64,000 bases of DNA from Eledone cirrhosa (taxonomy: Eukaryota), in contig OZ024742.1 of assembly GCA_964016885.1 (NCBI GenBank), positions 75,702,001 through 75,766,000 on the forward strand, in the 5' to 3' direction. This document shows positions 1 to 13,596 of the stretch, piece by piece; position 1 is the first letter of the stretch, and every line of letters begins with the position of its first letter. Position numbers and translations under genes: made by a program. The notes beneath the pieces are model-generated. The model was not told the origin of the DNA. It ran no database searches and saw only the letters and a list, made by a program, of their open reading frames with translations.

Positions 1-107
<107 letters not shown>

Positions 108-425
108 GGCATACGATTGTACAGAGATAACTAGAATAGAATGCAATATTTAATACAATTTCTTTGAAATTGATTGACAATCGATATTAGTAACCTGCAT
201 TATAAAGTGTATATCGTAGGCATTATTCTAAATAATAAAGATGCCATGATATTGATGAATACCCGAATCTGGGATTTATGGAGTCAAATGCAAGGTATGT
301 CACTGGTTTCAAAAATAATAATTCATTAAATGGAGTCTATTGCACTTGCACGAGATACAGAAATATTTCATATATTGACACAAGCATGCTTATGTGTATC
401 TTTGGCTGTACTTGGGGATATGTAC

Positions 426-469
<44 letters not shown>

Positions 470-2116
470 TGTGTGTGCGTGTGTGTGTCTCTCTCCGTGT
501 GTCTGTGTGTGTGTGGGAGTATGTGTGCTTGTATGTATGTATGTATATATATATATATATATATATATGTAGGTTCGCATGTATGTATGGGGATGTATAC
601 GATTGTGTATGTGTTTGTTTGAGTGTGTGTTTGTATATGTAAATCAAATCAACAAACTTTTCGGTGTATATTGCTTCATGGTGTTATCAAGGAAGCAAAT
701 TGATAGATTAGCGGTAAGTTAAGAGACCGGATAAAGGATAATGGTCATTCTTGTAAGGAGTTAATGCATTGTAAATCTATTAAGTATGTTATTTTATGAA
801 AGACAGATATAGTGCACTAATGGACAGAAAGTCAGTAATGAAGGTTAAGTATCTCTATAATGCGCTGACTGAGATTTTAAGATGACGCGCATAGTTGATT
901 CAACTTAATGCCTAGTAGCTCATGCTTTTATCTTCTGTTTGAATATAAATTCATTTATACAACTCTCCCAAGTTTGAAACGAAGTCGTTTAATTTTCGTT
1001 AGTCGGTTGTTACGTAAACTCTGTCTCACTTGAGGTGAAGTTTTATGAATTTAATGTCACACTAAGTCGCCCATCTTGTGAAGAATTCTGCTGAAAAGTA
1101 TACAAAATTCTTTGAGGTCTAACAAATAATACAATTAAATTAGGAATCATATCGTGATGCTTTGGATTTTGCTTCAATACTTAAACGATTACAATACAGA
1201 ACATATACCCCCCCCCCCCCCATTTCTGATGCTGTTGCTGTTAAGTAGTTTACAATGATTCTTTTCATTTCTTATTTATTTACATGAAATGCTGTTATAC
1301 TCTTATAACATCGAAATGATTTGAGATTTTATAGCTCATTCAAACAGGGCAGGTAATATAACAAAATCCTGTTGTTGATGTTTTCATATTTGCCTGGAGT
1401 TTCTCAAACAGATTTACACCATATTTTAAATATACAATTTTACAAGTTGAACGATGTTGACATGTATTTGACTTGAAACCATTGAATTCAGGTAGTTATA
1501 GCAGTATATGCTACATTCCTTTTCAAAGCACATACATGAAATGAATTAAATTCAGCGTCTAAGCAAGGAGTCAGCTTCCAATTATAATGTTAACATCACA
1601 TTATATTATTGACCTATGCCGTTAGATACGGTCTTGTTTGAATTAAGTAGAGAGATAATTTGACGTGAAACATATAGACAAGTTATATTTAGTCCCCAAA
1701 TGATCCTTATGCTGAAGAGCAATTGCAACATCCAATCTTCCACCACATCAAATATTTCTCACATCCCCACGTCGAAACATGAGAGTACTCACAGCAACAT
1801 TGTCACACGTTCATCCTTAGTAAGATTAAACACATGTCTTAATGTATATGTGGCTAAGTTCTACTATAGAAGAAATACACGGATGAATATATTTAAAAAA
1901 TATACAAGTAGGGAGTCTTCCTACCACAATTCTTATTTGATATTAGTCAACAATCATTAATAATAAGAGTCGAGACGTTCTCACGACTGACTTAATCAAG
2001 GAAGATATAGAATTATTTGTAAAATGAAAAATGAAACAAAAAAAAACAACATCAATTTTTGAGTAAATCTAATGTAACTAAAACATACTTGAAGTTGTTT
2101 CCAGTCCGTGTCTAAA

Positions 2117-2303
2117 TACGAAGGGGTCTACTGAAGCATTCATAGGCTGACCAAGATATTCTCTTGCAATGACCAAATGAGGTTTACATTTCAACATAGT
2201 CTCTGGAAAAAGCAATGCAGTTAGTAATAAAGCATGCAACATTTCACAGCTCAAGCATCATTCCTTCATAGCCAGCGTATGAACTTTTCAGCCGAACCTC
2301 CTA
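2117..2303. mobile_element. Tc1/mariner-type MITE, copy 1
   Basis: Imperfect TIRs ta-cgaaggggtctactgaagcattcataggctga ... ccagcgtatgaacttttcagccgaacctcc-ta with TA flanks. Homologous to 5873-6074 and 13440-13596. Confidence 0.7.
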
Positions 2304-2729
2304 TTCAAAATGTGATTATCTATCGATTAATTTTATGAATTTCTCCCTACATAAACATATTTACTCAGCATTGTAATGAATATTACATTAAATATAATAT
2401 GTAATGCAGATAGCGTCCGTGATTCTGTTGGCAAGGTATTTAAAATAAAATATGTTAATAAAATATGTTAATATCTACATCTCATTCCGTAAAATATTTT
2501 ACATTATTTATTTACGTTTGGTTTATTTACTTTTAATTTAAACTCCACATTTTATTTATTCAGTTTTGTACATATAAACGCAATTAATGTAATGTATATA
2601 TAGTGAATATGAAATATTTAAAAGAAAAAAAATCAATGAAAATCAGTCAAAGCAAAAGAAAGTAGCATTGCAAATGAGAGGAAAATGAAGGAAAGGCAGA
2701 ATTAGTATGCAATAAAAGAAAGGGTGAAG

Positions 2730-3015
2730 AGGGGTGGGTGACAGACTACACCTAAGTCAAAGCGGTGTTTCGGCCGCGCTCCGCGGAAAAAAATGGTAAA
2801 GGCATTGTCGCAGACAATGGTCAGCGACACCCACTGCAACAGCCATCCCACCTCGCGGGGCTCCTTCCTCAGACAGGCGACTGTCATTCCGATTTTACGG
2901 AAGAGGTAAGCTGTACGGGCTCTGCGGTCGCCTGAGGTCTCGACGGCGACCGATGCAATGAAGAAACGGCCGGATAAGCCTCGGCACTTTGTATCTTCCT
3001 GTCCTCTGCATTCTC
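2730..3015 (-). mobile_element. 3' relic of a CRE-like non-LTR retrotransposon (restriction-like endonuclease region)
   Basis: Clear nucleotide similarity to 56860-57245 (gggctccttcctcagac, ctgaggtct, cggccgga, tcctctgcatt). Confidence 0.6.
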
Positions 3016-4159
3016 AGCTATTTAGTTATTCTCTCAATACATACTACCACCTACCCTCCGCTGCAACGGATTAATATATCCGAAAATTGTGCTTCGGGCT
3101 TGATGGAATAACTGATGCAACATTAAGCATTAATTAATATTGTCTCTTCCTCATCGCATAATTATTTCTAATTAACTTTTATCATCCTCTGATTTAAATG
3201 TGTTAACGATAACTTTGACTTATATAGACGATTATATTGATCACAATAGTATGACTTGCCTACAGAAGTAGGAAATGTAGCAACAATAATCTGCTGGCCA
3301 AATATTTTCAGAGGGGATTGTGCTCATCCTGGTGATAAATTAAGTCAATCTCAAAAGAATAGGTACTGTACATTTGTTACGTACATCTAGTATCCCTTAA
3401 CATATTTGGGGGTATACAACAATTACCTGATACACCAAATATCGATCGAAATTTAAAACCAAATGATTGCAAACCAAATGCTTAATCACAAGGTAAACGG
3501 ATGCGAAGCAGCCAATACCCGCAGAAGTTTAGCTCAGAAAAGGGAGGCCTAATATGAACCTTAGTGATGTACCAATTAAATCCCATCGAAGGTTATCATA
3601 TATAGACATATATCAATTATAAAGATCAAAGGAATGTTGTTTTTTATCATTTGTCAATTAGTGTTATTTAGCCCTAGATCAGTATTGATAGAGCACATGT
3701 ATGATCAAAAGTATTCCAACATCATTGTATCTCTTTATTTAAAGCAATGAAACTCCACATAAGTCTAAGATGCTGTCAATGATGTTGGAATATGGTTTGA
3801 GTGAGATCTGGCTACTATTTCTGGGTAATCTATTGACTATATTAACAAGCTTATCTTAACGTATTAGGATACGTTAAAACGAGCGTAATTTATCCCAATA
3901 TAATGTTTCAGAGCCCCATGTGTTCACAGCAGTTGGGTTATATTTGACACAGCAGGCTTTGATTTATCTTAAAATGTAAACGATTGGATATAGTCGAGAG
4001 GTGAGCAAGTGGTAATTAATTATATGTATATATATATATATGGACACTCCAGGCCATCGCTTCTTATTTATCTATGTTTCTATATTTTGCTCGTCTCTCT
4101 CTCTCTCTCTCTGACTTAATAGCATCTATAATCATATAAATATATATAAATATATATAT

Positions 4160-5335
4160 TGTTATACTTTGGGAGGGTCATGTTACCAATACGAAACACA
4201 CGCACCAGTTGCTTTCACTTCAATTTATTATAATAACTTTATAATGAATTTATAAATTTATAAATTTCTGGTTGGTTGGTTGGTTCCACAACCAGATAGT
4301 TGTTTATATATTGTCATAGTTCTTTCGTCACACACTCTGTGACCTCTTCAGTGACTGGGGATTCCTTTCTTTGTTTCTGTGCCTCTCCTTTGTTCTGTCC
4401 TACGCCATTTTGTTTCTGTGTGTGTGTTGTGTACTCAGTCTGCGCATGCGCCACATCCGGGTGTCTGTGTGTGTTTATGTTCATTTATTTATTTGTTTAT
4501 TTACATATTACTGGTTGGTTGTTTGTTCTGTGTGTGTGTGTTTTCATTTTGTCCTTAATTGTAAGTTGTGATGTTGCTGTTCCACTCATATTTTCTATTT
4601 AATTTTGGTTGTAATTCTTTTATGTTTATTGCCTCTGTGATTTGTCTAAACATTGCGTCTTTTCTGTGTGCAGATTCTATTTTTATTTCTATGTTCTCTA
4701 ATTTACCCTTGTGTTCTATTTTAGCATGTTGGTAGAGTACAGATGATTCTTTACTATCTTGAAGGTCTCGCCAGTGTTCATTTATCCGTTCTCCTACACT
4801 ACGAGCTGTCTCACCTATGTACACTATATTTTTGTCTCTACATTGTCCTTCAGTACATCTTATGCTATACACTACATTTCTAGTTTTACAGTTAATATGG
4901 GGGCTTATTTTACAGGTTATACATTTCTTATCTATACATGAGGGTCTTTGAAAAGGGTTTGTCTTGCTAATAAGTGTTTTTACGGAGGTACCTGGTCTTT
5001 CTACTATCTTAATATTGAGTTTATGTTTATTTAGGGCCCTTCTAAATTTGTAAGCTAATTCACCTCTAGTGGTTGTATCGATGAACATTACACTCTGGTA
5101 TTTATTGCTATCATACCATGAGTTTATTCTATTAGCCTTGTTCCTAGTTCTTTCTATTCTATTCCAAAATTTGCTCCTATACAAGGGGCAGGTCCCATTT
5201 ATGTCATTATTTACCATTTTTTCCCATTTGGTTCTGGCTCCGCTATACACTCTGATTTTATCTCTCTGATTGTAGACAGAGAACTGCATACGGTGGATGA
5301 AGTGTTGTATGTGTCTCTCTAGTTCTTCGGGGTTG
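4160..5335 (-). mobile_element. 5'-truncated Penelope-like element (GIY-YIG domain + 3' pLTR)
   Basis: ORF 4555-5505 contains C-rich CITCK..CKTRNVVYSIRC..C....YIGETARSVGERINEH...EAINI....LNRK. Its N-terminus beyond ~5335 is microsatellite read-through. HHR motif downstream. Confidence 0.88.
4313..4355 (-). ncRNA. Type I hammerhead ribozyme motif in PLE 3' region
   Basis: Minus strand: gtca CTGAAGA g gtcac agagtgt gtgac GAAAG aa CTA tgac. One extra G precedes stem II. Confidence 0.65.
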
Positions 5336-5350
5336 CAAAAAAAAAAAGAA

Positions 5351-5396
<46 letters not shown>

Positions 5397-5872
5397 GATT
5401 GTGATTACATATATGGGTCTTCTTACATACACGAATGCACACACATAATACACTCAACACGTATTGTCGCGTACACACGCATATGCGCCCCGCGTCTGCA
5501 CTCACGTTTTCACCCTACCGGTATTGTCTCCACTTGGTAGATCATGTATTTTTTCTTCCAGCTTTCTTTATCTAACATACCACTATTTTGTCTCAGTTGT
5601 TTTTTCCTCTCTCTTCCTGTATGTTTCCTTTTTTCTGCTTCGTTGTTTTGTCTTCCTCTGTTTATCTAAATAAAACGTCTCGATCTGTGTTTTTATTTCC
5701 GCTGAAATATTAACGTCTGAAACGTTAAGATTCGTTTATTACCTCATTTAAGATTTAAACTAATATATTGTTGTTGTAATGTGTTGTTCTTGGGTGTTAA
5801 CATTTTTCTTTCTAATTCTTATTTCATATATTGAAAATTTCCTACCTATCATATTCAGACGGCATCATTCTG

Positions 5873-6074
5873 TACGATGGTCGACTGAAAAGTTTATAGG
5901 CTGACAAAGATATACTTATTCAATGACCAAATAAGGTTTATTTTTCAACATAGTCCCTGGAATGAGACAATGCATTTATTAATAAGAAGAATTGAAATTA
6001 ATGCATGCAAGATTTCGCAACACTAGCATCACTATTTCATAGTCAGCCTATGAACGTTTCAGGCGATGCCGGTA
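5873..6074. mobile_element. Tc1/mariner-type MITE, copy 2
   Basis: ta-cgatggtcgactgaaaagtttataggctgac ... gtcagcctatgaacgtttcaggcgatgccgg-ta. Internal similarity to 2117-2303. Confidence 0.7.
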
Positions 6075-6183
6075 TGTATATCCTCCGAGCTGAGCGCTCC
6101 TCTCAGGTATTTCGTACCTATTCTTTCTTGACACATATAATCCGTGCATAAATTCTTTACCCTTTCCTAATCAAATATCTGAT

Positions 6184-6570
6184 AATTGTTTCTTCTTTTG
6201 GCACAAGGCCAGCAATTATCCTGGTACATTACTGGTACTTTATTTTGTCGACCCCGTAAGGATGAAAGGCAAAGTTAACTTCGGCGGGATTTGAACTAAG
6301 ACCGTAAAGGGACTTAACTCTATGCTGGAAAGCATGGCGTCCGACCCTCTACCGATGCTACCAATTCACCGCCCTTATATTAAATATCTGATAATTGTTT
6401 CTTCTTTTGGAACAAGGCCAGCAATTACACCAGTACATTACTGGTACTTTATTTTATCGAACCCGTATGGATGTAAGGCAAAGTTAACCTCGGCGGGATT
6501 TGAACTCAGATCATAAAGGGACGTAACTATGCTGGAAAGCATGGCGTCCGACACTCTACCGATACTGCCA
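6184..6570 (-). mobile_element. Two tandem copies of a tRNA-derived SINE
   Basis: Minus strand has A-box-like TGGCAGTATCGGT, B-box GAGTTCAAATCC, a central GCCTTTCATCCTTACGGGGTCGA-AAAATAAAGTACCAG domain (resembles the Meta-SINE core) and a 3' gccttgtgccaaaag..gaaacaatta end. Confidence 0.9.
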
Positions 6571-7039
6571 ATAATATTTGTATGTCACAATTCCTAAGTG
6601 AATATGTTTGAACGTGTAGATCTATGGCGAAAATATGTAAGTTGATTTCACCAAGATGGATTATTGACAAGGTATACGCCCACTGCATTGTCTTAAATTG
6701 TGTCAAAACACAAACCAGCCAAGTCCTACGTGCGTGTTTGCTTGTCATTACCTGAATCCCCTAAACGTAATTTCAGTTTTACAATATATAGAATAGTAGT
6801 CTCGTTTGTATGAAGTGTTTCTCACACACAATAAGTAAACTGCCAGACTATGTATGTATGTATGTATGTTATCACTTTCTCTTTATTTCGAGTATATTTT
6901 TTTGACCGGCCACCTTCCAGGTGGCAAGGTTGTAAATGAAAAGAAATTGTCATCCCTTGAATCGCAAGAATGATTTGCAAATTTTGAAGGTGCCAGCTAT
7001 CGCAGCCATTTGTAGACAATGAATTAGGGAGCTGCCCTT

Positions 7040-7441
7040 TTTGTCCGCGTATGTATGTATGTATGTATGAATGAATGTGTGTATGTTTATATATGTGTAT
7101 GAATGTATGTATGTATGTATGTATGTATGTATGTATGTATGTATGTATGAATGTATGTATGCACGTATGTATGAATGAATGTGCATATGTTTACATATGT
7201 GTGTATGTATGTATATATGTATGGATGTAGGAATGTATATACGTATGTATGAATCTATGTATATGTGTGCATATACCTCATGTATATGTATGTACGTATT
7301 TATATGTATATATATATACATATAAATACGTACATAGATATATACATGATACATATATACATACATACACACACAGACACACTCACACACTTACACACAC
7401 ACCCATACACACACACATACACACACAGACACGCACACACA

Positions 7442-7492
<51 letters not shown>
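7040..7492. repeat. Compound (ATGT)n/(CA)n/(TA)n microsatellite
   Basis: Direct inspection; explains ORFs 6950-7579. Confidence 0.95.
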
Positions 7493-7497
<5 letters not shown>

Positions 7498-9120
7498 TGT
7501 ATATATAGTTATGTATATGAGAGATAGGAATTTGAATCAAAGACATGAACGGAAATTTCTCCGAAGCATTTATTCGTAATAATTGATCTCATTTAAGTTA
7601 CCTTTTATGCCAAGCTCTAGTTGTAAAGTTTAATTTAATTAGCAGCTTCAGAAATATACAATTTGTATTTCCTGGCAACATTTGTCTTATTTTCATTCAT
7701 GATGAGATTTTAATCGCTCATACCAGCTCCACAGTGTATGCTAGACACAATTGCTTTAAATGTACGTTAAATATGTATACGGAATACTTACTATACACAG
7801 TAGATATAACAATTTAAATGTTATAAACGTATAACTTATAAAGATGGAGAAATCTAAACTGTTTTATTCATTATATAAGCCCCCACACACATACTTATGT
7901 ATACATAGGACAATCCGATTGCCCGAAGAATCCTTTGTAAAATGTTGTCGTCCCAAATTAAATGGTTATTACAATAGTTGATCTCTATAAATATTAATTG
8001 AATAAAACTGGTAAAGTATCCCTGACGTAAGAAAGTACCCCTGCAAGTAATCTAAATCATATATCTTGGATGCCGAGCGAGTCCGTTAACCCTTACACTA
8101 AGTCATTTTTGTCAACTAATTGATGTCTTGTAGTAGATTTGAAGCCCGTGTGAAATGTGACATAAGAAACAGTGATGCTTCAATTCTTTGTAGGCTCATA
8201 CATCCACTATCTTCCGTCTGTAGGAGTACTTTACTCGATTTTAACAACTATGATATATAAATGACTATTGGTATAGTCATTTAATATGAGATTACATTTC
8301 AAATTTCAAAATTTCCCAATGTTAATATATCCCCCAAATGGAACAGCCAATACATTCGGCCTGCATCCGAGAATACGGATTTCGATTACTGGTTATCGTG
8401 TGTGTGCACCTTATGCAACCCACTTGCTGCTAGCCTTAAAAATACATTGCCCTGTCTCATGGGCACAGAACAATATAGCAAAAGTAAAGCTGCACTTCTA
8501 CGAACTCAACGGAACTTCAACATAGAAGGCAGATTCTTGGCTAACAAGGGACTTGAACAACCCAAACAAATACTATACTTATAGTGTGCCCTCCCGAGTA
8601 AGGAGACTAGAACAACTTCATTTTAAACGATCAGCTAGCTTCTTATGCTTCCAAGAACTCCAACTCTTCATTTGCGCTGTAAAAAACGAACGAGAGAAGC
8701 TTAAGCAAAAATATACGTACTTATAAACTTTATACCAACTATTATTGTATGACACGTATGACACGTATGACACGCAAGGCACTATCTGAATATCTGAAGC
8801 CTTGAAACTATCCACAAGCAAATACAATACAAACCATTTGTTCATACATTATAAATAATTGATGTCTTGTAGTAGATTTGATCACGTTAGGATCTCCTTC
8901 TCTGATATGTAATTATATTATTATGGACTCCCTCCTTTTGCTCTCTCTCTCTCTATGTATATATATGTATTAAGTATTTCCGTAGAAAAGTATATATATA
9001 TATATAGTTCTAATATAGAATAGCTTCTACACTTTTATACTCTGCAATGTATTGAGTACTTTACCTACTGTGGTTACCTCCGATTCAACCCGGAATAACT
9101 TATATATATATATATATGTA

Positions 9121-10126
9121 TAAAGTTAGTCCTTCATCAGTGATCTTCCAACCATCATTGGTATTTCATCGCTTTAAAGACCATATACGTCCGTTTAGTG
9201 CGAGCAACGGCTAAAGAAAGTCGTTGGGACACGTAAATAAAGGGAACGAGCGAGAATGTAAACAAACAAAGATAGTAAAGCAACGAAAAGTGAGAAAGGA
9301 CTTTTTCTTCCTCTCTTTTCGTTGCTTTACCATCTTTGTTTGTTTACATTCTCGCTCGTTCTCCTTATTTACGTGTCCCAACGACTTTCTTTAGCCGTTG
9401 CTCGCACTAACCGGAGGTTTATGGTCTTTAAAGTGATGAAATACCAATGATGGTTGGAAGTTCACTGATGAAGGACTAACTTTATTCATATGTAACCCAT
9501 TTGCAACCACGCAGCACGTTTGTTTTCATATTCACACATATATTTTCCCACGCTGTGACCCGTCTATTTCGTTCTTACTGCTTCCTCTTTCTCTGTATCT
9601 TTACCCTCTCTAACAGTCATTCTCTCTGTTAGCCTCTTCCTCACCCTTCACTCACTTACTCTCTGCTACTACCTCTCCTACTTTCTCCCGTTTGACATGT
9701 GCGTAATTCTTTTCTCGCGCACGCTTGACCAGGCTGGTTGTTCCTTTTTTCTCTCTTGTCTGTATGTTCACCGAATTCATGGACTAGACTCCTTCTGTCT
9801 CCCGTTCGACCTGTACGGAATTCCTTCCTTGCTCACATTTCGACTAGGTTTGATGGTCTTTATTCTCTCTCGTTCACGATTTCACCGAACTTATATTCAT
9901 GGAAATCTGTGACTTGACTCTTTCTTCCTCACTTTTCGTTGCTTTACCATCTTTGTTTGCTTACATTCTCGCTCGTTCCCCTTATTTACGTCTCCCAACG
10001 ACTTTCTTTAGCCGTTGCTCGCACCAACCAGAGGTATATGGTCTTTAAAACGATGAAATACCAATGATGGAGGACTAACTTTATTCATATGTAACCCATT
10101 TGCAACCACGCAGCACGTTTGTTTTT
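9121..10126 (+). mobile_element. Non-coding PLE-like element: inverted 5' arm + ~620-bp partial tandem repeat
   Basis: 9121-9296 is the reverse complement of ~9310-9484. 9300-9530 is repeated at ~9920-10126. CTGATGA at 9466-9472. Confidence 0.7.
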
Positions 10127-10219
<93 letters not shown>

Positions 10220-10499
10220 TATTTGCTTGAAAACGTGTGTTTAAACACATAGAAGTGTCATGCAGGTGTCATGATAAAACCCAAACCTTCACTTTGCATT
10301 ATACCAAACACATGGCCTCTAAGTATCTGATCCAGTAGAATCAAACCATCGTCATTTGGTAGGTAAGTTTTGAATATCCCTTTGGTGACAATTCAGAACC
10401 GTCTTAGAATGTATCAACTCTGAATATTCAAAGGTCATCAAATAAATTGTATATGCTTGATATATATGTATATATATATTTATAGAAATAACAACACGA

Positions 10500-10918
10500 A
10501 GTGGGAGGAGGCTTTGGCGCTTCGGACAGGAAATGGAGAGTTCAGAGATTCATGCTGCCAATAAAGACACACAAACCAGTTGGGTTTCACTACAATTCAT
10601 TATTATTGGTTAATTCTTCTTCCGTTGGTTATTTTAAAAGCCGAATGGTTGTGAACTTGTTAAAAAGCTATTTCGTTATGTGACTTATTCAGTGATTAAT
10701 TTTGTTATCTGTATCTCCTCTTTCTTCTGTTTTACACCATCTTGTCTTTATGAGATAGGCACCTGAACTGCTCAATCTTTTGTCATCTTGATTTATGAGC
10801 TGTATAGCCGTATGTGACATGCGTGTGTGTATCTCTGTGTTCTTGCTTCCACAAGCTTTTGTATTTAAACTACGTGCATATGTGGCTATGTGTCTTTATG
10901 TCGCCGGGTTTTTGCGTC

Positions 10919-10961
<43 letters not shown>

Positions 10962-11330
10962 CTTCATTCCTACTTGTCATTAGTTAGTTGTTATACTGAT
11001 TCCTTATTTTTATTCTATATGTGTGTGCGAAACTAGGCGGGGGGTCTGGCTGTGTATCTTACCTTTGTTCTTATGTGTCTATATTTTCCTTCGTCACTAT
11101 GTTGTGAGATTTTATTAATCCATTCCTGCATTCTATTTAATGTTGGTCTAGGTTCATTTATATGTGTTGCTTCTGTAGTCTGTCTGTTCGGTGAAGATAT
11201 AATGTTTATCTCGGTGTTCTCTGGTGGGACCCCGTATTCAATTCTGGCATGTTGGTAAAGTACTGGCAAGTTTTTCTAGTCTTGGAGTTCTTGCCTCATT
11301 TCACCTATGCAATGTGTCGTCTCAACTATA
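10500..11330 (-). mobile_element. Degenerate Penelope-like 3' fragment (same family as 4160-5335)
   Basis: VLYQHARIEY...EINIISS...RQTTEATHINEPRPTLNR. 3' region is similar to 4160-4550, with a decayed HHR core at ~10665-10696. Confidence 0.75.
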
Positions 11331-11419
11331 TACCCCATACTCTCGCCCCCACCCCACATACACACACATTCAAACTGCGACATACACTCTGATTATATGT
11401 ATGTATATATATATATATA

Positions 11420-11610
11420 ATTAGTTTCTACGTTAGGCACAAGGCCAGCAATTACCCAGTGTATTACTAGTACTTTATTTTATCGACCCCGTAAGGATGA
11501 AAGGCAAAGTTAACATTGGCGGGATTTGGACTCAGAATGGCAAGGGCCGTAACTCTAGCGTCAAAGCATGGCGTCCGACCCTCTACCGATACTGCCAAAC
11601 CACTGCCCGT
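11420..11610 (-). mobile_element. tRNA-derived SINE
   Basis: Full-length match to the family at 6184-6570 and 42587-42761. Confidence 0.9.
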
Positions 11611-11874
11611 GGATATATATAATTATATTACATATATATACATGTTTGTGTGGGGTTATAATTTATTTCAAAGTACGAATGTATTTCACATCACAAGGTT
11701 AAACATTTATTTTCTAGCAATATATACACAACTTAACTCGGAAATGTATATTTAAAATTAGTTTATGCTAGTCGAAATAATCACATGTCTGAAGTTAGAA
11801 TGTTTACCATCTTTACACTTGTCAGCACAAAGAAACAAATGATCATAGATACACGAAATTCTAAATTTTTCTTA

Positions 11875-12505
<631 letters not shown>

Positions 12506-12729
12506 ATTCTGAGAATTTTAGAAACCCCCTACTAGAACCTGTGCTTTAATTATGCTTATCTAATGTTTATGCCATGTTAATACACTTGTAATTATGTAAA
12601 AGTTGTAAACCTAACGTAAAATGCAAATTAGTTCTAACTGTATCAATTTAGAGGCATCTACTTTTTAGTTGTTTTAGATTTGTTCCCAATATGACTGTGA
12701 CAGAACGTTAGAACTGTTAATCTCTTATA

Positions 12730-13390
12730 TATGTTTTGTAGAGAGTCTGCAGGTGTATGGTATCGATGCATAGCTTCGTATTCATGGTGCCAAAGTTGCT
12801 TAATATCACCAGACTTATTGCTAATCTTAATGAACAGGATTGACATGCGCTGCCAGGTTGAAAGTGGCATCATGATCGGTGAAAATAGGATCAGTAGACT
12901 GGAATTTGAAGACGGCGTGTCCTCCTTAACTCGGCAGAAGTTGATCTCTGACACGCTCTTGGTAGGTTTAACGAGTGGTGGAAGGCAAGAGGCTGAATTA
13001 AAGAATCGGCAGCTGTTGCTATAATAGGCGCGCTTCAACATTCAAATTTAATCAGAAGGGAAGTAGATATAAAAGCCACATTCGCTGTCCTCAATTCGGT
13101 GTTGGTGCTCACTATTACACTTGAGCAATAACCGAAAGAATAAGATTCGGAATACAAGCGGCTCCAATTGAAATCAAGAGATCATCGCTCCGATACTGCA
13201 GACATGTTAACAGAATATTCCAGGAAAGGATAACTGGACATATTTTACGATCAAATTAGGATACACAGAAGTAGACCACGAGCAGGATCAATGGATAACG
13301 TCCATGAGCTTGATCTGTATGGTATGTGTGAAGACTCTCTCACTTGATTGTACATAGAAATATGCGTAAAGAAGAAGAAGAAGAAGAAGA
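12730..13390 (+). mobile_element. Degenerate RTE-like LINE 3' fragment
   Basis: LMNRID..GIMIGENRISRLEFEDGV (decayed FADD region), a C-terminal R-P-R-G-R-like stretch and an (AAG)n tail at 13369-13390. Confidence 0.65.
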
Positions 13391-13439
13391 TCTTAAGCGT
13401 CACAGAGTACACGACCAATGTTTTAATTATCCAAATTCA

Positions 13440-13596
13440 GGCTATAGGTGCGCTTCAATTATTTCGCTTGGTCTCTAAAATTTCAACCTAGTCCATGGGA
13501 AGCAGTTATTAATGACAGGCGAAATTGATGCATGCAAGATTTCACAGCTTTAGGATCACTCCTTATTAGTAAGACTATGTACGTTTCAGCCTCGTA
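13440..13596. mobile_element. Tc1/mariner-type MITE, degenerate copy 3
   Basis: Shares tttcaac-tagtcc-tgg, atgcatgcaagatttcacag and tttcagcctcgta with the other copies. Confidence 0.55.

Noticed and set aside
330-647. Y/I/H/T/C/V-rich ORFs here and at 6950-7579, 11781-12549, 29536-29896, 38594-38932, 52344-52725, 60560-60946, 62840-63190
   Set aside because: They are translations of (TA)n, (CA)n and (ATGT)n microsatellites, not genes.
6184-6570. tRNA genes at the A/B-box motifs
   Set aside because: The boxes belong to SINE heads; there is no complete cloverleaf.
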